Numbered from the stretch's first letter, positions 38,350-52,603 are shown. The stretch is DNA of 63,131 bases from Vermamoeba vermiformis (GCA_045837725.1 JBEWZL010000161.1:1-63131), one strand, 5' to 3'. Notes: generated from the sequence alone by a model not told the origin. Numbers and translations are program-made.

Positions 38350-41300
38350 ATGATTACTGAAAAAGAAGATCCGTCACAAAAAATGGATGGCGCATTAATG
38401 ACTGTTCCTGATTACAAGGTAAGCTAGGGCACATTAAAGTATCCACATAAAAATTAAAATACCTTTTTTTACGCATTTTAGCGTTCGATCTGTATTAATG
38501 CAAAAAAATATTCTTGCTGCACACAAAAATTTTGCTTCGTCACGGAGCTATTATATTTGGATTATATTTGTAATTTATTACCATTTTATTAATTTAATAA
38601 TTTTTTAAGATGGATATCGAAGTCACATCCAAAACAGATCAACGGGAGAAAAATCTCAAATTAATCGATGACAAATTCAAACAACTCCAATCAACTAGAC
38701 GATGGGATCGTATTCAAAAATTCATATCAACATTCCCTACGAAGATTGACGTCGATAAACCAGGTATGATCTACGATAATTTTTTTTGGATCGGTCTAAC
38801 TCGTTATTATAGACTTTGATATTAAAGCGGACGTTGGATTCAGCATGATAGGAGGGTTAGAAACATATTTAACGCCTAAAGTCCCATTATACGATGATAT
38901 GCTAGTGCTGCAAGACAAATTGTTCAAAGCTTTAAAACCATTCATGCTCGTCACCTGCAAAATTCTTCGCGCCGAGTCTTCTGGCGTAAAATTACAATTA
39001 AAGCACGTGCATATTGAAGACGTATTATTAGACTGTTTAGAAGAGGTCAATGTAGTCGTAAGTAGCAGATCTGATCCGCAACTTTTAGGAAAAATCACAA
39101 TTTATCGGTATATTGGTATTTATAATATACTATTTAGGGTCATTTGCCTACGAGCAATTTGGGCGAGTCAAAATTACAAGATTTTAAAACGGGAGATTAC
39201 GTCTGCAGTAAGTAAATTAGATTTCATTGGTATAATAGCTAACGTTATTATTTTTACTAGCTTTCATCAAAGAAATCGATTATAATGCAAAATTTATCGA
39301 ATTGAGCTTGAAAAAGGACGATTTATGTTGGCGTCGAAATTTGCTGGTAAGATCCAAAAAAAAAGCTCTAAGAGCGAGTAGGTTGATATTAAATGCCATT
39401 GTATTTTAGGGCAAACAATCTGCAGAATTGGAGCAGTTCCAATTATCAGGAAATCAATTTAAAGAATACCCGCTCAATTTATACAAAGATCTGGCATTTC
39501 AGAATCCTAACTCCATCGAGTTTATGATTGATTATTATGAGATTGATGATATCAGCACATTTTGTGATCGAAGAGCGTATAACTCTGCGGATACTTACGA
39601 AAAGATGAGAACTTATATTTTTGATGACCAAGCGCACTATGTGTAAGTTTTAATTTGTTTTTTTATCGTTTATTTCCACGAATTATTTACTAATTATTAT
39701 TACAGCCTTAACAACGCTATTAAAGCGACGAGAGAACAAAAGCATAAGAAGGCTATTGAACTGTATGACAAAGTCCTCGAAATCTCCGAGAAAAATACCG
39801 ATGCCCTTGTCGGTAAAGGCGTAGTCTATGCAAATATGGGCGCATTTGTCAACGCAATTCAGTTCTTTGAAAAAGCATTGGAAATCAATCCTTCGCATCC
39901 AAACGCTGCTAAATACCTCGAACGAGTTCAAGCAAAGGTAACTATCAATGCCATTAGCAAATACCAACATATCATATTTTGATGCGTTGCTACTTGGTAA
40001 TATTATTTGCTAACTGAATTTTTCCTTTTTTGGAAATATTGTTGTACTTGGTTACTAAATCGTTTTTTGTAGCTTGAAGGCAAAGAAATACCAACAGACA
40101 AGCCTGCAAATAATGGCGAGAGTAAATCGAGCGAACAGCCTAAAGATGCAAAGAGCAATATTGGTCAATTGAAAGCGTTGTTGCAAAAAGCAATTGAAAC
40201 GCCTGACAAGAAAAAGAAGAAAAAGAGAAATCGCAAGAAAAAAGGCGCGAACGATAATAATAATGATAAGAAAGAAGAGAGAAAAGATAAAGAAAAGAAA
40301 GAACGAAGACACGGCAGATCGTTGTCGAGATCTCCTTCGGGATCACCCGTAATATCAGACTCAGAAGAGAAAGCTAAGAACGCCAATGGCACTAATAAGC
40401 ACGATGTCTCGAAATCTCCGGAGTTTAAATACTCGATTAGTCCGACCGAGAAGAAACCTCTGGCCAGCAGCGCTGATGACGTTAAGAAAGCCAACGTAGA
40501 AAGCAATACGAACGATAAGCGTACTAGCGTCAGTGATAAGAGCACTAAGGACAAAGAGAGGGCGAAAGAGCCTTCACGAAGACGTTCCAGATCTCGATCT
40601 CGTTCAAGATCCAGATCACGAGCTCGACGCCGTTCACGAAGCAGATCACGTGATAGATCAAGATCACGTGAACGAAGAAGAGAGCGTGAGCGTGATAGAG
40701 ACGATAAAAATAGGAGAGATAAAGAGCGCGAGTCACGTGACAAAGAACGAGACAATAAGGACAAAGAGAAGGATAGAGATCATAAAGACAGAAATAGAGA
40801 TGATAAAGACAAAGATAGAGATAATAAGGATAAAGAGCGAGATCGAGAATCGAAGGATAAAGAACGAGATCGCACCCGAGATCGAGATTCGAAAACTGAA
40901 ACAAAAGACAGAGACCGAAAAGACTCTACGAAGGATAAGGAAAGAGATGCCAAAGAACGCGATAATAAGGATACAAAAGATAAAGAGAAGAAAGATCGAG
41001 ACAACAAAGACTCAACTACGAAAGAAAAAGAAAAAGAGCGCGAAAAAGAACGCTCTGAGAAGGAGAAAGAAAAAGAAAAACCGCGCGATAAACAAGAAAA
41101 AGAACGCGAGAAAGATAAGAAAGACGATAAAGATTCAAAAGAGAAGGAAAAGAAGGACGAGAAAGAAGTTTCCAAGGCTGACAAGGAGAAAGAAAAAGAT
41201 AAGGATAAGAAACGAGAACGTAGTCGAGATAGAAAGCGAAGTCGTAGTCGCAGCAGAGATCGTCGAAGAAGCAGATCCCGTAGTAGAAGTCGCGAAAGAT

Positions 41301-41479
41301 CTCGTCGTAAACGAACCAGATCTCGCAGTAGAAGTCGTAGCAGAGATCATAAACGAAGTAAGAGAAGTAGAAGTAAGTCCAGATCGCGATCTCGGTCACG
41401 AGATAGAGACAGAAAGCGACGCAGATCCCGATCGAGATCACGAAGTGGAAGTCGAGATCGAAAACGACGAAAGGTTTAG
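38350..41479 (+). CDS. TTC14-like protein (S1-like region, TPRs, RS/RD-rich tail)
   Basis: TPRs YDKVLEISEKNTDALVGKGVVYAN and FEKALEINPSHPNAAKYL, preceded by FQNPNSIEFM and followed by a long RS/KD/RE tail. The architecture resembles TTC14. Confidence 0.7.
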
Positions 41480-41539
41480 TTTATTGTTTCAACATTGTAT
41501 TCGTCAAATATATTATTAATTGCGAGAATTTTTTCACTA

Positions 41540-41878
41540 CTATCGAGTGCTGCTTGCTGTTGAATTGACGCACTTATTTGGCTCTAAAACTTTCAATGCC
41601 ATATTATCTTGATCGCGGAATTGCAACCAGCCCCCTGCAAACAGTAAATTCAGGTGTTGTGGGTTATCATAATAGACGTCGTAATGTTTTTCAGTTTTAG
41701 ATAATTTTGCATTAGCCTGCAAGTACTGAACCACATAATTGGAGCAAGGAAACCGGATGTGCAAGCAAGTGTGAGGATATTCGAAGGATGACTGTGACTT
41801 GAAGCATTTTAATAGTGTTAGAGCATCGTTGGCGCTGAAATAATGGTGTACAGGAGTTACGGAGTTGTTGCGTTCCAT
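41540..41878 (-). CDS. Short ORF with a partial CYTH (thiamine-triphosphatase-like) motif; possibly truncated
   Basis: HYDVYYDNPQHLNLLFAGGWLQFR resembles the CYTH DxYYD...L....WLRxR segment. The ORF is only 112 aa. Confidence 0.4.
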   Translation of the reverse strand: MERNNSVTPVHHYFSANDALTLLKCFKSQSSFEYPHTCLHIRFPCSNYVVQYLQANAKLSKTEKHYDVYYDNPQHLNLLFAGGWLQFRDQDNMALKVLEPNKCVNSTASSTR

Positions 41879-42058
41879 TTTTGCTGAAAAAAACTTTGGT
41901 TTGCTTTGGAAAATATTTTATTAGAAATATAATACCCTTAACCACAAGCATATTATTTTTTGCTCCTGCAACACTTGTTCTTTTGTTGCGGTTATTTATT
42001 TTTGAACCGGATCTAGTAATTTGACTGTCACCGTTTAATTGATGAAGATCAGCTTATT

Positions 42059-45000
42059 ATGACAGACAATTTAACAACAAAACTAATTAGTGAAATTAAT
42101 CAAACCGAAGTAACTTCGGATGAGCAGTGTAAGATCGACATCCAATCCGAATTTATTTTTTTAAATATTTCTATTTATTTCTGTTAAATAACCAATTCAT
42201 TATGCAAAATATGCATTGATTTTTGCATGCAGAATTAATTTTTTTTAATTTTTTTTAAATCCAGTCCAAGAACTTTTCCTCCAGCTTCCATTGCCTCTCA
42301 TCAAATCAGTCGTCCTCAACATAGTTCCAAATTTTATCCGATTAGATGTTGATGACATTATCAAACAAAGATTTCACTCGCTACGAGCTGTCATCGAAAA
42401 GCGATCAAGATCCGGCAAAACGACCGGTTTGTGGCAGATCTTGCTTCTCTTTGCGTATGCAAAGCGACATATATTATTCCCCGAAGACAGAGGTAAATTT
42501 GATATTGCTTAATATATTCCTCCATAAACTCACATTGTCCGCAAGTTCAAATAGATCTCGAGACGCTTCTGGATGGAGCTTTGGAAGCGACGCAGACCTC
42601 TTGGACGATTACCTATTTATACTCTATATACGAATATTATGACAGAATAACCGAAGAAGACGTTAAAGAGCCAAAGCAAGTTTTTGACAATGTGCCAGAT
42701 CTAGCTAGTATTCCTACAGAGTAAGTAAAAATCAATTAGTAATTTAAAAGCCACAACTAATATAAATTTCTTAGAAAAATAAAAGCACTGCTCGAGAAGA
42801 ACGGTTTGCACTTGAAAGCTGGGATTTTGTGGGACGCTTATGTAGATCTGTTACTCGCGTATGTTTATTTTCAAAAGGTATTTCTTGTGATTAATCGTGA
42901 TTTGCATTATAGACATAAGAAATATAACGAAGCATTCGATGTTATTGAATATTTAATGCAACTGCCGATCCCGTTTGCTGCGTTCGTGGATCGTGTGAAA
43001 ACTCAACTGGCACAATTGAGCCAAGTCAAATCTGACGGTACAAAAGCTATGCAAACCGACGGCACTAACGGGGCGAACGATACAGACGGTGATAGTAACG
43101 AGAATACAGAAGAGGAAGTTAAGAGTGAAGAGCCAGATCTGCACTCGAACGGGGTAAACTTGATTGACAATGAACGCAAAACTGAGGTCTTAAAATTGTT
43201 AGAAAACGTAAGTAAACAATATAATACCACTCCTATATGCTAATTATCGGCTAGTATACGGCACCGGCCTTACTTAAGTCACGTGGAGAGTTCGATCTGA
43301 AACGAAAAGAGCTCGTCAAATCAGCGGATTCAAAAGCCATCCAGTGGCTTCAAAAATACTTTAGCCTATGGACGGATTATTTAGACCTGCTTGAAACGAG
43401 CGAGCAACTTCAAGACACAAATTTTCAGGTGAAATCGATCGCGATGGGCACGGACCTTTTGTGCTATGAGTACAAGCGCTTATTGGTTGAATCGGATAAT
43501 TTAAAGGTTCCTGTAAGTATACTTGCCTCCTACTATCTAAACATTGTTAACATAGGTTATACTAGCAAATTGTAATCTACCCGATCTTTGAAAAACTTGC
43601 CGCTCGAATCATGTCGTTGTCGCAACTTCACCAGTCTTTCGCGAACGATCAAAAGTGGATTATCGAGTTTGCTTCGATTCTGAAAGACACCGTTAAGAAT
43701 AATCTCGAGTTTTGGATCACCTTGATCTCTTTGCAAAGTTTGTGCGTTGGTCCATATTTCAACTTTGCAACGACTCAAGATATCGCTCCAAAAGTTAAGA
43801 AGTAAGTGACAGTCATATGCTTTTGGTGCCTTCTTTACTAATTTATTGTAGTATTATCATAGAGGCTTGTGCCGCTAACAGCGAATGGGCCAAACTTCCA
43901 CCTTTGCAATTTGTCACGGCAGAAGTTAACGCTGAAATTTCACAGCTAGCTACTACAGACGAGGTCGAGCTTAAGGCTAAATCAAGAGAGATATGGGAGG
44001 CCAAGATAAAGAACTACGAGTCACTGGTGGATCCGAGCGACGACAAACAGATCGAGTCCTTGGCTAACTTGTGGTTCGAGTATATGGAAACACTAGGTGA
44101 AGAAGAAGACTTGGAGCCGTACTTCGAACAGGCGTTATCTTTCCAACCACTTCGAACGATTGCTACGATATGGATGGACTACGTGTCAGAAGTCATCGAC
44201 AAAGATATTAACCGCGGCTACGAACAGTTTCAGAAGGCTCTTAGCTTCGTCAAAGATCAGTACAAGGACCAAATGTGGCACGAACTATTCGAGGCCGTCA
44301 AGCAAGACACTGGCCTGTCACTCGAAGAACTTAAAGAGCTCGTGTCTAGTCTTGGCAAAGAGCCCAGTGTGGTCGCTCCAAAGCCCGAGGCTGTCGAGGC
44401 CGAGAAACCTAAAGAAGTCACGCCTGAAGTGAAGCCAATGGTAGTAGATCTGACAAGTGAAGATGAAGTTCCCGAGAAAAAGAGTACGGTACCAGCCACG
44501 AGTGCGAGTGTCAGTCCCAAGCCTGCTATTCCACCACCAACTGCTGCTGCAAAGAAGGCGCCGAGCCCTGGTAGAAAACAAGAGATTTCACCTCCCCCTG
44601 CTGCTTTTCCGAAGAAACGACCTGCACCAACACCGTTGAGTCCCAAACGTAAGCCCAAAAACTCCCCTTTAAATAGTTAACTCTAACGTAGAATTCTAGT
44701 GGGCAAGCGAAGAAAGCTCGTTCATGAAAATTCACAACAGGTGCCTGGATTTTTGCAACCGCAACGGTAAGACACTGCGAGATTGAATATTTGCAGATGT
44801 GTGCTAATATTGGACCTTTTGATAGCCCTGGTAGTCCACCATTGTTGGCCAATGTGACATTCAAACCATTGATCTTGCCCCAAGGCCAGTCACTTCCATT
44901 CGGAGCTGGTCCGATGTTGAATAATAACTTTGCGAGACCTCAAATGCCAGCTGTGCCTAATATGAACCTCAATCCGATGCAGTTGCAAGTAGCTCCTCAG

Positions 45001-47063
45001 TTACAACAATTGTTGCCTGCCATTCAGCTACAACAGTTAGCACAGCTGATGCAAAGCAAGCAGCGCGAACAGCAAGCGATTCAATTGCAACAACAATTGC
45101 AGCAGTTGATCGTGCAGTTGAATATGAACCCTGCTTTGGGACCTATTTTGGCACCCCAGATCCAGCTTATAAGTCAACGGCTATTGAGTCTGCAACAACC
45201 TAACGTTGGTGCTGCCCCTCCTGTGCCGGGTGGTCAATTTCCATTCCATAAGCCTCCCATACAACACGACAAAGTACGTGCCAACATCGACTTTCCAAAC
45301 TAGGAAATTTTTCTAATTTTCTATTTCTGAAGGTGAAACGGTTAGATTTTGATACGAAGTTCCAATTGGACGTTAAATACATTCAAGATCTATTACCACA
45401 CTTCAACATTGATGATTTCAAGAGAAAGCCTGAAGAGTTTGATTTGAGCGTGCAGATCGAGCCGTTAGAAAACGTCATGTCAATGTTTTTGCGCCAAAGA
45501 ACACAGGCACAGCAACAACAGCCCAACACGGCAAATCTCCCGCCATTGCCAGATTACACCGTGCAACAGATCTCAGAGCTCGTCAAGAACCCGACCTTCA
45601 GAGAAATCATTAAGCAGCTGCAAATGCGTCAATCTCATCTTGAAATGGAACTCGCTCAACGACGCGAACAAATTCTTGCGGCACAAGCTAAAGAACGAAA
45701 CACATTGATTCACATGCACAAGTACGTCGCACTTAAAAATTTTATCAAATTTATTTTTAACAAACTAACATCTCGCCCAAACCTTATAATAATATCACAG
45801 TTACTATTATTAATATTATAATCTACAATAGTGTTGCAGAGTATAAAATTTTTTTGTAGATCTGTCGCTAATATTTTTTCGTAGTATGAGGTTGCAAGCC
45901 ACGCCAGGTCGCACAGACTACGTGATGAAAAAGAACGACAATGAAATGCGGTCGTTAGAACAGACCTTCAAACAACAGCTGTTAGAGTTCGATCAGCAGT
46001 CCTTGCGTGACTTTGACAAAAAAATCGAAGAACAACAAATCATTTTGCAGCAAGCAGGTGAGTTTCCATATTAGGAAATATGCAAATAACACCGTGAAAA
46101 TTAATTTTACTGCTTTTATTAGGCGTGCCAGGATTTTTCCCGACACAGAGTCAACAACAACTTGCGCAGCAAGGTCAAATTTTAGATTTTATCGTGCAAA
46201 AGAGTACGTATTATAAATATACTATATATTATACTAATGAAGTTCTATTTATAGTTAAAGAGACTGAAAAAGCGTTACAACAGCAGTCACGGTTTGAAAA
46301 TTCATTCCAACAGCCCCGGCCACAAGAACGTATCGTCACTATTCAAAAGAACGTGCAGCCTGTCGTACAACAAACACGCGACCCACGATTGCCTAATATG
46401 GAAGTCACGATACCTGGCGGCGGAAATATGAGTGTTCCGCAACAACAATCACAACAGCTGGATCCGCTCATGTTGTTGCAAAATCAGCCAGATATTTTAG
46501 CGGGACTGATGCAAAATAATCCTGCTGCGCTATTAATAGCCACGCAAGGCACGCCGCAACAAAAACAAGAGTTGTTGAATCAACTGCAAAGCAACGCGTT
46601 GTTGATTGCCGCACAGGGCACGCCGCAACAGCAACAAGAATTAATGAACCAATTAATAGCCCAACAACAGCAAAATATTGGGTTGCCTAATTTGGGCATG
46701 GGAATACCATCCATCGGACAACCTCCGCAACAACAACAAAACGCCAATTTTGGAATGCCACCGCCGTCGATGCCACCGATGGGTCCAATCGGAGGTGCTC
46801 CGATGAATAGCCTCAATAATAACAATGCTAATTTTATGAGCCCACAACAACAGCTCATGAATCAGCTGCAAAATATCACGAACAGCAGTGCCAATCCGAA
46901 TAATCCGCTGTTACTTCCTGGAATTAATACTAATAATCCACTGCCGCAACAAATGCAACCGCAACAGCAACAGTATAATAATAACATGAATAATAATCAA
47001 TTTAGAGGTGGTTATTCGAAGCGAGGTGGAGGACGTCCGCACAACAATCGAGGGCGATTTTAA
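42059..47063 (+). CDS. Large HAT-repeat protein with a DGCR6-like domain and a Q/N/P-rich tail
   Basis: HAT-like segments LWDAYVDLL, LWTDYLDLLE, LWFEYME and IWMDYV. DGCR6-like FDKKIEEQQIILQQAGVPGFFPT...QILDFI. Ends in RGG motifs. Exons can be joined across 44649-44827. Confidence 0.7.
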
Positions 47064-47430
47064 AGCCTGACAGGGTGTAATAATAAACAACACCATTGCT
47101 ATTAATAATTCATTCAAATGTCGCTGTTCGCTACGTATCGATTGCTAATAACCAGCTGTACTTGATTTATGCGTGACGAGTCCTTATTTTTTTGTTGTTT
47201 GTCTTTCTACGGCACTGCTACATCATATTCTCATATCCTGTATTTTTTCGATCACGGATCCATATCTTTTTCGAAGTCACCCTTTGTACCGAACGCGTCA
47301 CTTGGGTGGAGCCCAGTGAGCCATTGAGTACATCGCTTTTATTAATTTTGTCTCCATACTTAGACTTTTACAGCACTCATTACGCTGATTGTACAATAAG
47401 AAAATTAGTTTATTATTTCAAACGCAAGAG

Positions 47431-48068
47431 ATGGCAGCAGCTCTTCGAAATCAAGTTGTTTTAGCATACAGAAGCTTATTAAACGCTCAGCGTATATTGT
47501 TCCAGCAAGGTAAGCACTTCAATATGATGTTGAAGGATGTGGATTCACGGATGAATTGTCAGATACGCACCGAAGAGCCGAAGCCAAAAAATTCACTCGC
47601 ACAAAATTCGAAGAAAATAGGTAATAATTAATATGACTATTAATGTTGGACTTAATTTAACACTAAGATAATTATTTTTTGAATTATCAAAAATTACAAT
47701 AATTCAGATCCAAGCTCGCTTCGTGGCTTTAAAGGACTAATTTATGCTAGATAATTTATACGTTATCTATATCAATATTTTTTATTGTCAGTTAAATCCG
47801 ATCTAATCACTTTTTTTCAGATCTGAACAAAACGAAGCAAAAATCAATGAAATGTTGAAAGTAGCCACTGATAGCAAGAAATATATTGATAGTCACGTTA
47901 TTCAAGCACAAATAAACACTAAGGGCCGTTATGGTACGTCAAATCTGAATCTACCGCGATCGGATTTCGCTTCGAGTTTTCGCTAACGCTTTGAATATAA
48001 TAGAAATGAAGATTAGAGACACTACATATACCACACAAGATACTTGCCCTCCAAACTTCACGTTCTAA
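47431..48068 (+). CDS. LYRM7: LYR-motif protein, MZM1/LYRM7-like complex III assembly factor
   Basis: VVLAYRSLLNAQRILFQQD, TKFEENR and HVIQAQ...GRYEMKIRD. Confidence 0.8.
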
Positions 48069-48293
48069 ATCGAGTTTTCTGGTACGCGAAACAGATTTGA
48101 ACTTTTTCCTTGTAATTAGTATTCTATTAAACTGATTTAATATTCGTAATAATGGCATTATTTTATAAGCGAGATTTGCATAGTAATATTGCCATCATCT
48201 AGATGATTCTAGCGGCGATTGGTTTTTTGTAACGCAGATTTGTAACGCAAATTTGCAGTAACTTTTTATAGTTCAATACAAGAAATATTATTA

Positions 48294-48603
48294 TTACACA
48301 AATATACGCCAAAACCTGCCTTTGTGTTTCATAGCTTGAATCGCTTGCTTGATCTCAGCAAGCTCTCTCTTGCGCTCAGCCCGATCTTGAGCAAGAAAAA
48401 ATGTTTTTAGCAGCTTTTATTTCTTCGAGCTCTTTTTTTATCTCAGCTCGATCTTTGGCCAGAGATTGTTCCAAGCTGAAGATCTTGGAAGACAGCTTAT
48501 TTTCCATCTTTTTTATCTCTGCAGAGGTCTTCGCAATCTCGAGCGACAGTTGTTCTTTGAGCAGGTCAGCTCGGGCTCGTGGAATACTAAACAGGAAAGA
48601 CAT
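48294..48603 (-). pseudogene. Small coiled-coil gene A, frameshifted at a homopolymer
   Basis: Removing 1 nt near 48396-48408 joins LAKDRAEIKKELEEIKAA to its internal repeat LAQDRAERKRELAEIKQA...RIFV*. Confidence 0.5.
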
Positions 48604-48965
48604 GGTCAGTGGTGCTCGATAAACTAGTTAGCAAATTTTGAGCTGTCTGTGAACAAAAACTTATTTTACATGAACTCAAAAGACAGAATTATTTGCACGC
48701 TGCGTGAATTACGAACAATTTAGCGTGAGCAAGTACACGGTGCATGCAAAAACTCAACGAACAACAGTAGTCACTAATATAATATGCAATAGGTTACCTA
48801 GGATGATAAGTTCGGAGTTTAGTTTTTGTAACGCAGATTTGCAGAAGTTTGTGAGTTTATTTAATTCTGCTACAATATTATACAAATATACAAGAGATTT
48901 ATACATAACTTAGCGACGTCATAACAAGCCGTTGAGTTGCGTAGTTGCTTAATTTAACCATTTTT

Positions 48966-49210
48966 CTATCTCTTGGCTTTAGACGCGGCGACTTTAAGAT
49001 CCGCAACTTCTTTTTTAAGTACAGAGACTTCTTGTTTAACTTTATAGAGTTCTACTTTAACTTCATTTAAGTCGGTTTCAATTTGACGGAATCTTCTTCT
49101 AAATTCGTTGTTTTCAGCCATTCCCTGGACCTCTACCTGTCCGATCTTAAGGCTGAGTTTATCGTCGACCATCTGAACGTCGGGCCGTGGACGTCTAGAA
49201 AAAAAAACAT
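48966..49210 (-). pseudogene. Small coiled-coil gene B, tandem relative of A, frameshifted at a homopolymer
   Basis: Same ACTGACC-ATG start context as gene A. The ATG at 49210 is 1 nt out of frame with ORF 48966-49172 across an A9 run. Confidence 0.45.
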
Positions 49211-50252
49211 GGTCAGTCCGTGGTAGTTGCTAAATATAAATAACGTGCAATTGGATAGCGAAAAAATAAAATCGTTTTTTTGTACGGAAAATGTACAATT
49301 TACCAATTAAAATCATTAAATTATTATTTGTGCGCGGCAATTAATTGGGCTTCAATAGTGCTTACCCAGAATTCGTGTGATAGAGGTAGGCCCCAATACT
49401 GGTTCCAACAAATGTTGAGCCGGTAAGTAAAAGGAATTCGCGAGAGAACATCGTTGTTGTCGTTGTAGTGTGTTGTAAGTAGAAGAAAATAACAATTTTG
49501 TACCGTTTTTCGGTTTTTATGGCCGATGTATCCGTTACAATCTGGCGGATGGAGATTGCGTCTTGGCGGGAACAATTTTGATTACTACGCGCTAGGAACC
49601 TTGAATTATAGGGTAAAGGCCGCACGTAAGCCCTTTTTCACGCTGGATTCGTCCACGATCCGAAGATCAAGATAACCCGTAGTGAAGGCTTGACCATGGC
49701 ACGCTTAGAATGTTTAATAATAGCTAGGAAAATATAATAATATATATTGTGTGGCCTACAATCGAAAAATATTGGCCAAAATGAAGCTATTGCCATTTGA
49801 GTTTTTTTTTCGGATTTAGTGTACCAAAAAAAGAAAGTAGAATCAACCGCAATCCATTATATCTCCGCATGCACGACGTTACAATTAGTAACGGGATTCA
49901 CCAGAAAGAAGCGTCTCCTCTTTGCTTTTTGTTGATCTTAAACTCGGTACAAATAGGCGAAGTAGATCTTGTAAATTATTCCACAAGCATTCAGTACTGA
50001 TCTTACTATTCTCCAATGTATTGTGGGCGCGGATAGTGACCTGGTGAATATTTTGGAATGCGTAGTTTTTTTTTTGAAGCTAAATCCGGTAAGATCTGCA
50101 AGCAAACGTTACTAAAAGTGCCAAATAATACCTATACTTGATATGACGATAAAGGTTTATTTATATTTAAATTAAATTGCACAATTATTACAACGCTTGT
50201 AAAGGTTTGATTTCGAGCTCAGTTGCAACAGTCCTATTGCTCGTATTCATTT

Positions 50253-51227
50253 TTAAACACGCTCGTTTCTTGCAATAGCAATGAGAGAAGTGATCATTCT
50301 ATATAGAATAGTATTAGTAAGCCATTTTAGACCAAGTTCATCGCTCAATCTGAATCCAAAATTCTTCGCGAGCAAGATCTCGATAAAACGTACCTGTACA
50401 AGTACAAGAAGAAGCAGATCAAATAGAAGCCGAGTTTAATAAGAGCTTTGCGCTTTTCAACGGTCAATCTGTCGCCTTGCAGAATGGTTGTCGCATCCAA
50501 ACGGTGATTGCCGTTCATGAACCTAGAGAACCGATTAGAACTGTATAAAACGCTTTATATATTTAAAAATACGCTTTTATATCACATTTAATTGTTAAGA
50601 ATTGATTATTAATCGATTTACACGAGATCCAGCTGACGTTGCACGATCTCGCAAAAAATTGCAATAAATCAAATAAAATTAGGAATAAATTTAAATAATG
50701 ATATTAAGCGAATAATATTACCGAGCACTAATATTATAATACTTACAGGTAACCATAGTAAGCCAACAAAGGCAAGTTAAACAAAAATTCGAACCAATAG
50801 CCCGAGAATAAGAATAGGACTGTAATAAAACCGTGCAAACCAACGTCGGGATAGAGGAGCATATTCATACGGTCAGCCATATCAATTGGATTAATGTAGT
50901 CATTTTCAAGATCTGACGCGGAAATAAACTAATAAAATAAATTAGAGAAAAATGCCAAAAATCAAGTTTTAATGTAATAAAATATTTGCAGCAAATATAA
51001 CACGTTAATTAACGGAGATATTGCATTCTAAGAACGGATTTGCTCATAGAAAAAAATTCAAAAAAATTTACAAAATCTTGCTGACGTCGCACATTTATCA
51101 AAACTATAATATTCATATTACTATAGTATTATATATGTATATTAAAGCTTACCTCGAAAATTGAAGAAAATACAAAGTAACACACGGCCAATACAGCCAG
51201 AAGCCAAATGATAAATAGCCACGACAT
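50253..51227 (-). CDS. CNIH: Cornichon/Erv14 family ER cargo receptor
   Basis: SDLENDYINPID, FLFNLPLLAY, HRLDATTI and IKLGFYLICFFLYLYRMI. Missed by the ORF track because the exons are short. Confidence 0.92.
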
Positions 51228-51403
51228 TAAATAAGGTTATATTATAAGCTTAGTAGTAGTTATATATCACTAATGAATGAATTAAAAGAATAATGGCTCT
51301 GAATTTTTTGTAAGGGAAACTGGAAAAATTTTGGCTCGGTAAAAAATCTTTGGCCGCACTGTTTTGCAATCAATTACGAGCAGAATAATATACATAAAGC
51401 ACA

Positions 51404-52603
51404 ATGGTAAATATTATTATAATACCGAGCGAATAGATTATGATTGATTTTGTTGGATGGAGCGAAAGATAACGGTCATTAATTGTAACATTGTTGTATA
51501 GGCCAGCCATAGCACTTGCACGATTCCTCAAGAGTTGAAGGACCAATTTAAGAATTTTAAAACCAAAGAGAAAGCTCGCAGCGCTTTCATTAGTAAGATG
51601 CAAAAAAATTACGCGTAGATTCTTACGAAACAAAATCAATTAACGGCTTCACGTTATTAAATTGGATAAATCGGTACATAATTATACTAATATTTCGTAA
51701 TTTAATAGTGAAAGTCAACCAAGAAAAGTTGGAGGTTGAACTTGACGAGATTATGCGAGATGTTTCCCTGGAAGATATTGCCGCTGAATTGCCCGAGAGC
51801 GCTCCTCGTTATATTGCCTACAAGTAAGTCATATATTTTAGGACGATCATGCGTGTCATATTAGATGAAGATAGATTTTGAATGAAAATTAGATCGAAAT
51901 TTTTTGCCGGCTTCAGATGCGGCCGTTTCGTTGATTAATCGCTTTTTACACGTGCAAGATCTTCATATATTGCCATAATAATATTTATAATCTTAAAATG
52001 AGGCAAAAACGCCAAATTGATTTCGATACTTTAGATTTCCAATGCGTAGCATTTAATTTGCTTTATTTTTATTCATAACCCGATTAATTTATTGCTATTG
52101 TCAATAATTATATCAATGATAAGCATTTTAAAGCAAATAGATCAATTTGAGCGCATCTGTTCTTTTTGGTCGATCAAGATCAAGCTTGATCTCTTTGCAC
52201 GTGCTTTATTAATACAATACTGACCATATTAATACTACTAGTGCCGAATTTACTTGGCCCGATGGTCGCAAATCGTTCCCGTTGATCTTTATTTTCTACT
52301 GCCCCAAAGTTGTGAGCCCGACTAACGGCACAATGTACGCCTCGACTAAGCCCCGTTTGGTCAACGACTTGGCTATCATGAAGGTACATATTCATAATAT
52401 TGATATCTTATATAAGCCTTTCATTAGCGATAATTTTTTGGATCGCGACATCCGCAAACAAATTTATCGTTAAAATTTAGTTAAATTAGGTTTAAATTGT
52501 ATATGGATATTTAACTAAATATACCTGATAGATTTTCGATATTCGTGACTCAGAAGAAATGACCACTGAGTGGATGAACAAGAAGCTCGAATTCTTCAAG
52601 TAA
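51404..52603 (+). CDS. GMF: Glia maturation factor (ADF-H family)
   Basis: ATG directly followed by an intron. ELPESAPRYI, DGRKSFPLIFIFYCP, MYASTK and EEMTTEWM. Confidence 0.92.

Noticed and set aside
40055-41519. Multiple long overlapping and antisense ORFs
   Set aside because: Shadows of the low-complexity RS/KD coding region of the TTC14-like gene.
49320-50060. Coding-like patches and short ORFs
   Set aside because: Stops in all frames, no consistent splice model and no recognisable family.
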